NCBI GenBank assembly: GCA_000708835.1
Contig: DF237064.1
Location: 127,718-191,717, forward strand
DNA length: 64,000 nt
DNA from: Klebsormidium nitens
Lineage: Eukaryota > Plantae > Klebsormidiophyceae
Reading direction: 5' to 3'
Position numbers and translations under genes: made by a program. The notes under the pieces were generated by a model, which saw only the letters and a list, made by a program, of their open reading frames with translations, was not told where the DNA came from and did not search any database. This document shows positions 35,639 through 48,600 of this stretch, piece by piece. The stretch's first letter is position 1, and the number at the start of each line of letters is the position of its first letter.

Positions 35639-38407
35639 AAGTCGTGTGGACGTTTGCTTGCACTCTGCGTATATAAAAACTCAGGTAATTGCAACCTTAG
35701 CCGTGGTAGTTGATAGTGTCTATGTCGGACCCTGCCCTTACAAGCTTGCGGTCTGGCTGCGGCGTTGCAAACGAATTGGCGAGGAAGACTGGATAAATCA
35801 AGTCCAAATGTTGATGACTGTGTGACACTTTCTAATGGGACTCGCTTGACGGCCCGCGGCGGCAGCATCACATCTCAACGTAGATTTATCACAAGGCATT
35901 CAGCAGTCGTGCACGTGACATAGGTATGCCAAAGCGTGCGTAATTTTCGTACACGTTGGTCACGCTTGCCTCCTGTGTCCGATCAGCATGTGCCATCGGT
36001 TAGGAACTCATTGCGTACTGTACGAATGAGTCCGCGATCGAGCTTGCGTCCAGAGCTGACCGAGCGTACAGGACAGTAAATTAGTGACTGATAGTACGCC
36101 GCGCATTGCCGGGCCAGGCTGGGCTCCTCCGCCACTGGGCCAGGTCGTATTGAGTGCTCAATGTCTGTCAGTGACTCACGGTCTACTCATGGTGCCCGTT
36201 GTACCAGGTCGGTACGTAGACCGGACAGTCACGATCAAGTCACAATATGTCCACGCGCGGTGTCCGGGCACGGCGACCCGTTCAAATATGTTGAAGCAAT
36301 TTCATGATTGCACTCACTGAGGCCAGTGCATCTGCTTGAATAGCCTGCCCGGCCGTGCGGCTTGTAGCACGTCGCTTGCGCATATATATTTCACAAATAC
36401 GCCAGCTAGCTTAGATTGCCTGGAATTAGTGAGTATATTGAGTGGCCGGACTCACATTCTCGTACTTCGCAGCTCAATTCAGATATTTCATGTGTCGCCG
36501 GTCGACCATACTCACCGTCGTAGCCCCCGGGGCGGCCCCTTCTCTACACGTCATGAACGTCGATCCAAGGCGACGCAAATGCTGCATGTATCGAATTGAT
36601 CACGTACTGGCAGCATGAGTCGGACTCCATAGATCCACAGGCTTAAGAAGGTGCTTGCCTAAGAAACTTGAAAGCGGCCTGCTCGTGTGTTGTGTGCACG
36701 CTCGAACCTGACTGAGAGGGTGTCCGGGCCTATGGCGGGTCCCTTATCCCGCTCTCAGAGCCGAGCTGCACAGTGATCATATACTTACACTTTTACACTT
36801 TAGCTCGACAAAAGCCTCCGCACAGTATACCGTACATAACCCTGCCCAAAAGCCCCTGGAAACGTGCCACCAGTGCCGAATTTCAAGCTCAGGCTGCCTA
36901 TTTCTCGCGCTTCGACCACCGTAATTACTACACAATTACCACCGCGGGGACCACAGCGGGCGGCCAGCTTAAATCTGTACGTTCCAAAACTTGCAGTACT
37001 TTCATCCTAGTAAGTCAGTATGGTCGATCATACAGTCTTGATCAGCCGTGCCCGCGTTTCCTTACTTCACATCGACTTCCCTGGCATATTAGCCTTCAGC
37101 TAGCCCCCCTAAGTGGACAATCGCGGCGTTGCCTCTGGACCTTTAAAGCTTTGCTGGTTCCTCTCCGCGTGTTTGCACGTTCTGATTTGCAGTATTGAGA
37201 CAAGGCAATCTCGCGGTCATGATGATGAATCACCCTGACGACACCAGCAGCTTCTGCTCCAATTGACGCCCAAGCCTTGCCTTCATGAGATCATGCAGAA
37301 GGTACGGTGAATATTATTCCTTCGAAGTCGCGGCCGCACTGCGCGACTGAGGGTTTAAGACAGGCAGGCTCCACAAGTTCGGGTGCCAGCCTACGTAGTA
37401 CCGTACCGTACGGACTGAGGACTCCGGGACCGTCTGATCAATCCACTGAGCTATCGCGGGTGCGCGGCCGCGCGGCCCCCGGTCCGATCACGGCGTGCAT
37501 CCCATGCGCACCGGCTGCGCACATCCAGCAAATTCATGTTAGCCGTCCAAGGAGGCGCCTGTCCATTTGACCCTCGAACAACATAGTCACTTGGCTAATG
37601 TTTACTTCTAGTAGCTAGCTTTGGCATTCACGAGTGGGCCTGCAATATCAGGAATCCTACCATGCGCGGAGCCACCACAACATGACACATGCATTACCAA
37701 TTCAGTGATGGTAGGCCTGATTTTAGCTGCTGGAGGGAATGTTTCGGACCAGATCCCAGGCGCCGGAACGTATCGATACATTGAATGATGGCGCATAATG
37801 ATGAAGAGGTGCCTGCTGTACGACCGTAATGAATGCCAAGCATATTGCCGGAGTAGGTTTTACAAGATAGTGGACATGGAGTACTTCGCCGGGATGACAG
37901 GCAGACATATCGTTCTTGCTGGTACTCATTATGGACGTAAACTTCAAAAGTAGCCACAAAATGCTGTAACCAATCAAAATGAATGACAACAAGCGGGCTC
38001 ATGCCGCGCTTGTTGAAAACTCGTGATGGGATTCCCTTTGGGGGTCCCTCCTGGGATTTTCTCCATGCTCTCATGTTCGAAGCAAAACTTTCTGATACCG
38101 TCAAAACAGCCCACAGAAACAAGCAGCCCAATTCGTTTCTCTGCTCGATCTACACGATTGCCGCCACGATAGCGGGCAGCTTACGACTTCTAGACGTCGA
38201 CCTTTAATTGCCGTATTCGACTTCAACCCTTGCTCACGAAGTGCTCACGTTCCCATGCATGATTGGTTCCAAACCTGACCGTCTATACTGAAGAAGTCCC
38301 GCGACCTTCAACTAGACTACAGAAGACGTCGTTCAACCTCAGCTACGTGTGCACTGTAGATTATCAACGCAAGCGCCGTAGACCATAAGCTATGCCTTCC
38401 CGTCCGG

Positions 38408-41400
38408 TTATTCCTCATCCTCGCACTTTTCCGCGACGCACGCCCGGCTGCGCGTCTTCACGTCTGACGTCACCTCCTTGGTGAGGCACTCCTAGAAGCT
38501 CTTGTTCAGCTCCTCTCTGTCCAGGTTGCGCCCGATGAAGCACAGCCGGTTGACACGTGTCTCGCCCGGCTGCCACGCCTTCCCGACGCCGTTCGCGGAT
38601 GACGTCATGCCCATCAGCATGTGGACGCCTGCGCACGGGGTGACGTAATGTTGGGAATCAACGATGATCAGTAGTAAGAATCGACGTGAGCAGCTGCTGA
38701 AGACGGCGATGGTCCTGGCATTCTCGTCATGCTGTCAAACCATTCAGCCCTCTAAGTTGTGGAGGAGAAAAGCAGGATTCTCAGCGTTCCGGTCAGATGA
38801 GTAGCCGACCGTTAGAAGAGTTTGTTATCGGTAGCCCTGTTCATGACGGGGCGTTTTTGTGGAGGCGACGTGTTTCTCCGACCAAAACTACCAGCGGGAG
38901 CCCGAGTTGATACGGATAAAGCCTGAACGAATGTCCGAGAGAGATATGGCTTCCTGCTCTTTCGGCGCTCAGAGCTTACCCTGGAACACGAACTTCTCGT
39001 CCGTCCCCGCAACGGATAGAAGCCCCTTGGACCGGAAGATAACCGTACCCTTCTCTCTCAGAAGCGTGCTCAACCATCTGCATACAGAGAAAGATGGTTA
39101 GCAAGAAGATATAGAAGGAGGATCCCATGAAGAGACACGTTGCATCAGACCTTACCTGCCGTATGACGGCTGTCTTTCACTTGCGACAAGGACTTGAGTA
39201 CGTCGATCAGACGTCAACTTTGCAGACCGGCCTGATTGTATCTTGGCAAGGAAAAAGTGACAGCACCTTGCATATCCATCACTAGAAACCTCGAATGGCG
39301 GTTGCAAAAGGTGCAAAAGTTCCGTCACTCTAAGTTAATAAAGGCGGCTCTGCCAATGACGCAGGTTGCAATAGAAAGAGGTTAGCTCCGAAAGCGGAGC
39401 AGTGGAAAACAATCGGGGAGGGCGCACTTGTTGAGTTTCTTCATGTCGACGTTGCCCTCCAACAAGATGCCCACGCTGGACACGCTGACGTCATGCATGT
39501 GCTCAGCATCGACGTCCATAAACTCGGGGTCCATCTCCATGACGCGGCCCAGGTCGAACGCCTGCGCGACACGTGGCACTTTCTTAAGAGACCGATTGCT
39601 TCCCCTTGAGCGAAGCGATGCTGGCTCATATGCACGTCGAGGTTTATCTCACCGGAAAGCACAACTAGTGCTTGGAAAATTTCGGTCTGGGAAATTTCTC
39701 GGACAAAGAGCAGAATGAGATACCCGTTTTCACAATTTGATGAAGTTGCAACAATTATTTGGTACAGGCAAACCGTCGAAACGACACGAGTCCGTGGATG
39801 TATTTTGCAGAATGTGCTGGCGTCGATCAAGTATATTCTTGAACCTCTCTTCACCAGTACAAGTGTTTGGATATCCGATCCCACTGGGCGACCCAAAGGC
39901 TTGCAGTTGCCTGCTTTCTACGAATGCTCGAAAGCAAGCTGTTGCGACGAATCTTTACTTAACGATACAAATAAGCAATCTCGGGATGACAGAGGAAAGT
40001 TGGATCAGAGAGGACAAACCAGTACGTGCGCGGACGCTCACCTTCAGGCCCAATATCTCATTCAGAGGCACGCGCGAGTTCTGGCAATCAATCATGTCGC
40101 AGTACTGTGGCGGTTGAAAGCAACACGTGTCAGTTCGACGCCTTCGGAACCTTTGCTTCCAGTATCGAGGAAGGGGATTGCTTCTTGTAACCTTTCCTTG
40201 CCGGGAATTCTGTGCTAAGATGGAGATATGATCGACCAGACAACGTACGTACAGATTCGGAGATAAGTAGGGCGGCACCTTCATGCATTCCACTGTCAAC
40301 TCCATTGCCCACTTTTTGAACAATCCTTCTCTCGTCTTACCAATCAGTTTTGAAACCTTGGTGTTTCTCCTATTCAACCATATACTCTCTCAAGAAAACT
40401 CTGACCAAAGGCGTCTGCACCACTTAGTTGGGCACTTTGTCACGATGAATGATCTCGTTTTGCGGTAGCCGACCGCAGCAGTCGAGAGGCTTTTCTCACC
40501 CTGTTGATGGCGCGGATGCTCTTCTTCACTCGCTCCTTTTCTTCGGGCGTCACGAGATCGATCTGAGAACACATTGTTTTTAAAGATCAGCCTCTCCACC
40601 AGGGCGTTGGAAGCCACACTCTTACGACACGATAAATCGTTCTTGCGGAAACTCGCAGGATAAAAGGTGAGTCCGTTCTTACAAATCGAAAGAATTCTGA
40701 TAAGCGTGCCGCTCTTACCACGTTCTTCCAAGCACGATGCCGAGAAAATCAGACGCTTTAGTGCTTATCCTTTTTGAGTCGGAGGGTCAAAAAGTCCAGC
40801 TCAGCTTCCTGGCCGTTCCAATAATAATCACCATCCAAGACCTTCTGTAAAGGCTTGGGTGATGATTCATTTACCTTGTTTAGTAGGATCTTGTCGGCAA
40901 ACGCGACCTGTTCAACTGCATGAGAGAAAGGCAGAGGGCTCAACACTTGTCGTGACCAAATCTTGAATTATGCTCAGGTCAGCAGTTTCCGTCTGGCTCT
41001 TTGTACCCCTTGTGTTAACCTTGAACCTGTCAAGAAAGGTCTTTTATCACTGACCGGCCTTGGATTTTGATGTCTTTCAAGGTCAAGCCTCGCCGCTGGG
41101 AATACCAGGAACGGCACAGCGCTTGTCACTCCCACAAACTTCGAACCCAGCGAGTGCAAAGAAGAACATGGTTGGCAGAGTATCCGAAGCGGAGTTGCCT
41201 CGTCCCTCGTCACGACTCAAACAGGGGAATCTGGGATTGTCCTGCCCCAGTTCTAGCAGTCACTTACACTGGATCAAAGCCACTGCCTTTCGACGCACTT
41301 CAGAAACAGAGGCCTCCGCAACTGACTTGGATGTTGAAGATCTCTGCCTTGTGCTCCGCTCTAATACATAACACTACCCAAGCAGAGAAAGGACTGTCCA

Positions 41401-44400
41401 TGTACCCACGTTTTTTTAAAAAATTGACCGTCTAAAAAGCTCTGTTTGAAAGCAGACAATCGGGGCCGCTGATCTTCCTTTTCCTTCAACTGCGACTAAT
41501 CTGTGACTCGCCATATGGTTATGTGACCTTCCCTGCTTTTGATTCAGAGCCTGTGAACCACTGAACCTTCGGATTCCAACCTTCCCTTTCCTTCGTTTCA
41601 GACCCTGTGACTCGCGTGAACCTCTGAATCTGACCTTCCCTCTTTTTCGATCTCGGACCCGTGACTTTCAAAGTTATAGGAACGTCACGGGGCCGGAGAA
41701 AAAGAGCCCACATAATCGTTCTCGGCGCCGACCTTGCAGATCCCCTCGCTCGATCGGACCCTGTGACTCGCTGTAATCTCGAAGCTTCCCAGCTACATCA
41801 AATAAGGAAACAAAAGAGAGGTTCCACGTACCTTACCCGTTCTCGACGCCATCGGGCTTCTTCTCCTTGAGGTGCTGCTCGATGTGCTTGGCGTCCACGA
41901 CCGTGAGGATGGAGTCGATCGTAAACAGGTCCTTGATGTCGTCACCCACGAAGGACGTCTGGAACAGAGAACAACAAAGCCCGTACTTCTGATCTGTGTT
42001 CAACTTTCCTTGCTCGAAAACTATCAGGCAGGAAGGAGTGTTTCGGCAGCTGAAACGAAACTGATCAAGTACACGTGCAGAAGCCGATCTTGGGCGGAGA
42101 AGCACACGTTTCTGAGCTTTTTGTGAGGTGTAAGTGAAACAAGCGGAAGACTGAAGAGAAGTCACGGCCTGGATGCCAAACGGATTCACTTCTCACCTGA
42201 GCGACGGGGGCCGGATCTGCAAGCCCAGTGGTCTGCGGGACAGATAGTGATGGGATCAGGGGACTCAGACAAGTCCAATGCAGCAAGCCGTCTGCGAGAA
42301 GTGGCCGTTCCCTTGTGCAAGAGTTTCTCGGTTTCTCCACGAACTCAATCTACTGCACTTTTTAAACGCGGGCTGGCATGAGCGAATCCTTCTTCGTCCA
42401 TGCACAATAAGCATTCAGGTGACGAATCTACAAAATGGCGCACCAAACATGCCGTGCGTGTCGAGTTGCTCAAAGGAACGGCCCGTTCATCAGCCGACCG
42501 AACGAAACAACGGTCAGACGCGCAGCGATTAGAGACTGCGCACCCTTCAAACGAACATGCGAAGTTTTTAGCGATAGACCCATAAGAACGATTTGGCTTG
42601 TTCCAAAGCGCCGCAAGAAACGAGGACGGGGTCAGCCGTACCTCGATAATGATTGCGTCGAACTGGTTGCGCCGCGCAGCCAGCTTGGTTAGGATGCGGA
42701 TGAGATCGCCCCGGACGGTGCAGCAGATGCATCCATTGTTCATCTCGAAGATTTCTGTACAAGGGAACAAGGGTAGTATTTTTAAGCGGGGGTCATGAAC
42801 GCGTTCCTTTTGCGCTGGCTCAAATGCCGCTCCAAGAGAAGGCCGTCCAAAAGGTATCTTTCTTATTTTCGATAGGGCAGTCGACTGTAGAATTTTGCTT
42901 TTGCAATCAACTCTAGCGGCTGAAATGACCCAAGATATGGCCGGTGGTGACTTGATGCGTCTTCCAATACGTGGAACTTATAAGTTGACAGCCGGACAAA
43001 GTTGCTCCGTCTGCAAAGGGAAAGGTTATAAGATAATGGGGACTAGGGTCCACGACCTTACTGACGACACGTAGCAGAAACATTGTCGCAAACTGTTCGA
43101 CGATTGAGCGCTTTCCGAGCTTTGGAAGTTTTGAGAAGTATCGCTGCACTCTGCATGGAAATCTGTTGGGCCTTCAGAAGGCATATAAAGTCAAAGTCGT
43201 GTCTCAGCAAATCTAGTGTCAAGGACAGCAAAATCGATACCAAAACAGACCTGAGGACCGCCGTTACTGGGCTGAATCGATTTCTGGTGACCAAGGATCC
43301 GCCAAACCCACCTTCTTCCGTGTCAACGACCAGAGCGTCATCGATTCCAACCTCACCAAACCTGCAAAACAGAGCTTCAGTGCTTGGAGCAATCAGTTTG
43401 CATCTCGAAATTGTGACAGGAACTTCATCTTTCTCTTTGCAAATGTAGCAACGAAAGACACTAGGCTCCGAAAGGCAGATTGGAAGAAGCCAAAGGTCTT
43501 TGACAAAACTGGAAGACCACAGCAATGGGTCCAGTAGTATCCAGCACATCAAGCAAGGCCAATGAGATAGAAGCCCGGAGTTTTGGCTCAAAGATGCCCA
43601 ACAAGGAGAGAGTCATTGAGGTAAGAAAGGCCAGTTTGGCAGAAGCCAACAGTGACTGGAAGGTGCGGGGCAAACGATAACGGCCCACGTACTCGATGAA
43701 GGCAAATAAGTGAGAAGCACTTTTTGGCTAAGAAGCCCAGACCTGTGAAGCCACCTAATTGTAAGCGAATGCTATTCATTCGCCCAAAGCAAACAACACA
43801 CTGCAATAGAGATTCAGAATGCGGACGTTGCACTTACTCGTTCTCAATGATGGCAATCTTCATGCCATGGTTCTCCTTCAAAACTGCAGGACAAAATCCA
43901 TACCTCAGTGAGAGGAGAACCAGAGATAGCTTGAGTCCGCAAAGTATCAGCGTTATGGGGGTCGAAAGGTCTGGATTTGCAAAGAGGTGGCTCCATGGAT
44001 TTCCTCTTGTACTTTGCAGGTACCTTCCCCAGGGGGCTTTGGAGACTCCTGTGGCCATCCCTTTGGCTGCCCATAGATTTTGCCTCTAGGTCTGTACAGC
44101 CAGACTTCCCAATCAATGCACAAGACACCATTTCAGCGGGGCTCGGAATCAGCCAATTGCACTCACTACAAAAGGATCTCAGGCATCCTTCAAACCCGCT
44201 GCAGCACGAGGCACCTGAATGCTTCTGCGTCGGAAACTAGAGCATCAATGGCGCCACCAGCCAATAACTTCTATCCGTTTTAGTGCATGACAGCTCAAAG
44301 CAGATGAGTAGCTTCGCATACATAGGCCTGCTTACTGCCGATCTAGGTGGTAGATAAGGACGAGGTGAGTCCAAGAGCATAAGAAGGGGAGAACCAGTTT

Positions 44401-44674
44401 CACTACTTTCAGAAAGCTGAATCCAATTTCCCTTTCGAAATTGTGCACAAGAAAGCTATGTAGAGTAGAATCAAACCACTTCGCTGCCCTCAAAGTGGTT
44501 TGCAGGACTGGAATCGCGACTTTCCGCCAGCTATGCGCTTGACTTGGAAATCCAGTGCGGTGCTCAGTACTTACTATAGTTGATGAGAGTGGTCTTTCCT
44601 GCACCCAAGAAACCAGTAACCATAGTCACTGGGATCTTCTTGACCGCTGTACCATTGCCGTTCTGCGCCGCCAT
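38408..44674 (-). CDS. CBWD: CobW/COG0523-family (G3E) P-loop GTPase metallochaperone, ZNG1/CBWD-like; in-frame TAG at 38494-38492, next stop TAA at 38410-38408
   Basis: Spliced motifs: IPVTMVTGFLGAGKTT (Walker A), IAIIENEFGEVGID, NNGCICCTVRGDL (CxCC), IIIETTGLADP, VVDAKH, EQVAFADKILLNKIDL, IFRSKG and NRLCFIGRNLDRE (CobW_C). ATG at 44674. Confidence 0.92.
41501..41772. repeat. Degenerate ~54-bp minisatellite in a CobW intron
   Basis: ACCTTCCC recurs at ~41526, 41579 and 41633. CTGTGACTCG-like motifs recur at 41501, ~41605, ~41660 and 41761. Confidence 0.7.
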
Positions 44675-45666
44675 CGTTCCAAGCTCGAGTTTTCCCCGGT
44701 TTCAAGCGAAGTACCCTTCAAACCCCGCAAGCGCTCGCTCACAAGACAGGACCGCAAAGGTTTCGAGTATGCACTGAGCTAGTAGCTGCAAAGCTGGCTG
44801 AATGCGACACAGTCCGCTCGTAGATTCGTATGCTTCTTTGAAGTGCGTGATGCAACACTTGACTCTGGAATGTAGACAACAGGAGGTCTTGATTCGACTT
44901 CACTCACAGCTCAAAAGCAGTCATAACACCTACTAGTTACGTAGTCAGCATAGGAATAGGTTCTGGCCTCGGTTGCTTTTGTACCTACCTAGGCAGCTAG
45001 GCAGCCAGTGGCCACAGCGAGCGGAGCAATCTTCAAAGTACCGTAAACGTGGCCTCTACATGAGATATTGCTGACCACAAATCCGGTCCCACGAAGTTCT
45101 CATTCAATGGACGTGCATGGAGTGAACGTGTACCGGTGAAGCACATTACTACTTAGGTATACAGATTCCACTAGATTCGAGTGTACGGTAGGTACCGTAT
45201 TGCTTCACCATGTACACACATAAACGCCATGTAGGTATCTATTTGCGTGGCAGGGCAAATCGAACTGTGGGCGCCAGACTGCAGCTAGCCGTTCTCGCAC
45301 TCCAACCTTGTTGCCAATCGGCGAGAAAGCAAATTGGTTCATACACACATACACGATTGTAAGCAGAGTGTGGGCCATTTTGGGACTCGTGCATGAGCGG
45401 TAAGCAGATCCACGACGACCTTGCCGCTGGGGCAAACCAAGATATGCTGAAGATTCAACGAAAGGGACAACGCACGAATGGCACTGATGAACGCGGACGC
45501 CAAATGAAAGCCATCGCTCAGCCTGGCATGCTGTACGCGAAGGATTCACATCTTTCCAAACTCCGTGAATTTCCACACGTTGTGTAACGGATATCAGCCA
45601 GCTTTTGACAAACGTTACGCTTCAGACAAATATATGTTTTGACAGATGACACGACCCTGGTCTTTG

Positions 45667-48600
45667 TCACCTCCTTGACGGCACTTTCTTTTTCTCCTTT
45701 GCTTTCAGCGCCGCCTTGGCGAGCTCCTCCTCCTCCGCTTGCTGCTCCTTTTCTAGCCGCTCTAGTTCCGTCAGCACCGGCCGCAACTCCTCGTAGCGCG
45801 CCTCCGCCAGCTCGAAGCCGTCCCTGCGCACACGAAAAACATACATCAGGGATTGAGAAAAGCAAAGGCGAGAGCGAAAGAGGTGCAATTATCTTTACCC
45901 TCGATGGAACACCGGCAAGTGCGTCCCGTTTGCTTTCGCCTCCTTTGCGACCACTGTTTTGAGAACGAGCGCGCTTGGGTTGTCGATGTGCCAAGGGGGG
46001 CGCATAAGGGCGGAGAAGCCCCAGCGGAACAGAGCGCAAGTAGTTCAGAGTGTGCACGTTTTCCGAGCTTCTAGGCCTTCACCTCAAAGAGAAGCTTTAG
46101 GCCTATCATTACCAGGGGCGGTGCTGTTTCCAGCGGATGACAGCCATCGTACAACTTTGCACCTTCTACGACTTCGAAATAGCAACAAAGATACTTTACT
46201 CCGTGGTGGCAAACATGCCACGCTGACCAGAAAAGATGTGCGCCAATGACCTGTCAATTGCAGTGTGGATTTCAAAGTGTCCACGATATTCTGGTTAATT
46301 TGTCTGAAGCTCCAGGTTATCACTCTAGCAAACAAATCAAAGAATTTTACATTAAGGCAATGGCATTCTTACCTTCGAAGCTCCTTGCCCGTATGGCTAG
46401 TGATCTCGTACGCTTGTATTTGCCAGTGCTTCCCTGTCCGCGCGAAGAACTCCCGAAGGCTTTCTCCTGCCTGCAAAGTCCGGGGGTAGGCAGTCGCAAG
46501 CGATACAGACCATTGACAAAAACTTCCGAGCGCCAACATTTCGAATCTCGAGGCCTTTGCGTTTGCTTCTGAGTTGACCGCAGAATATGCGTCCGAGCTC
46601 ACGTTGTATTTACAACCTCTTGGTGCGCAATCTTTCACTCTCTGATCGGAAATCAATAGAATGGCGTTACATCGTTACTGTAAACTGTAAAGTGTAAACT
46701 GTACAGATCCAACTGATGAGCTCCTGACAATATCGTCCCTGGATCAGTAGCCAGATTTATCTGAGAAAAGCACATTCCTAGGTCAGCGATTACAGTCATC
46801 GCTTCTTCTGTTTACTCCTACATACACAAGCAGCAATTGCGGACGGCTCCGCCTTACCAGCGGCGTCCGGTCCGCGTCCTGCAGTCCGAGCTCCGACCGC
46901 AGCCTGTCCCAGCTCGATCTTCCGCTGCTTCCGCAACATCTTTCCGGCCTCAATCGCGCTTAGCAGATGAACACAGATTTCGGACGGCTCTGAACTTACC
47001 AGTGGCGTCCGGTCCGCGTCCTGCAGTCCGAGCTCCGACCGCAGCCTGTCCAGCTCAATCTTCCGCTGCTTCCGCGACATCTTCCCGGCCTCAATCGCGC
47101 GGAGCGCCGCAGCTGCTTCTTCTCCGGCCGTCAGGGGGGCGGGCTCCTCGCCTTCCTCCTCGCTCTCCTGCAGAATCGTTTGGCTGGCATTGGGATTTGA
47201 CTTTCTAGAAACTGCTCTCCGTCGATGGAGGATTGGCTGCAAACAACTTTCTTTATTGACGTCGTGGAGGACTTCTTGGGGGCGAGTCATCGCGGCCTCA
47301 CGGTTGACTCCTCAGCAGAACGCGCAATCCAGGGCTCTCGGGAAGGGAATGACGTCGACCGCCATCCTGCTGAGGACGCAGTGATCAGGAGGGACGAGCG
47401 GAGCATAATGCCAACGTTGTGTACTCTGATTCCGACTCAAATCGATTGCAACCAGGCAACCGCGGCTTAACAAGTTAGCAAGTGCGTGTCACCCTTGTCG
47501 TCCCCGCGGGATGCCTCGATGCGTTAGCGACAACTCAAATTGCTCAGTCCACCAGCTTCTACACAATCAGTGTCTTAGCCATGCAAACTTTTTCTTTCAA
47601 GTGCCTTTTGAACCACCGCGACGACAAAAAGTCAACAGATCACAAAATGTTATGGGTTGCACCACAAGAACGTGCAGAATCTTTCCCTAGGCAATGGAAC
47701 GCCGCCCCGGGCTTTGGGCACCTCTGACGCTCACCTCGTTGTCACTGCTCCCTTCCTCCTCCTCCTCTTCGTCATCGTCGCTCTCTTCCTCGTCTTCTAC
47801 CTCGACCCAGTCCGTCTCCGTGGCCTGCACAAGACCAATTTCGAATTCTTACATTCTCTCAGACCGACTAGGGACGGCTTCGCAGAGCAGCGACAAAGTC
47901 GAGATCCTGAAGACTGCGTGCGTCGCTGTTCGTCAGGTTCTGCTAGTGAAGCATAACCCCCACGCTGTAACCAGGAGAGTTACGCCGCAGCTTATGTTGC
48001 AGCGCAAGCTGCAAAGGCCCTGAGTAGCGACGTGCCATTAGCCTGTTCCCCGGCGTCTAATGGGTCTTTACCGCCAGCAAATAAATTGAACTGCTGCCAG
48101 CAACTAAGCAACAAACTCCTGCTATTTCGTTTCCCGGATGAAGATGATCAAGAAGCACCAACGTATCGACGTGAACACACCGACGAGACTGCTTTTAACA
48201 GATTAGGCTGGCTTTGAGCAATAGGCGGCTCAGAAAACCACATGACTATCGTACGCTCTGCACTCCAGGCCGCATCCAGGCTTTGGGCTAAACCCCTGAG
48301 CCCTCGAAACGTGCACCGTACACTGACGGAGCAACAACAACCATAGCGCCCAGTACCTATTTTTCGGCCTGATCACATCCATGATCGCCGCTGACGTCAC
48401 CTCATATGCTGACGCCATCACGCCCACAAAGAAAGCGGAGCGCGCACCTCGATAAGTTGCGTCCAGCCGTCGAGCTTGGCGAGGTCTAGCGTCCACAAAT
48501 CGTCCAGCGTGATCTCCTTGTCGCCAGCCTCCATGATGCCGCCGTACAGCAGCAGCATGTTGCCGCTCACAACTAGAGATGCGTTGATCCGCCCGCAAGG

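Noticed and set aside
37216-37290. ATGATGA...CTGA as a C/D box snoRNA (similar motifs near 8583 and 37797)
   Set aside because: Box spacing is wrong, with no terminal D box and terminal stem, and I could not identify an rRNA guide sequence.
38492-38494. Genome-wide reassignment of TAG as a sense codon
   Set aside because: ndhL, ERH and PGAP3 all end in TAG at the expected family C-terminus, so TAG is a normal stop here.
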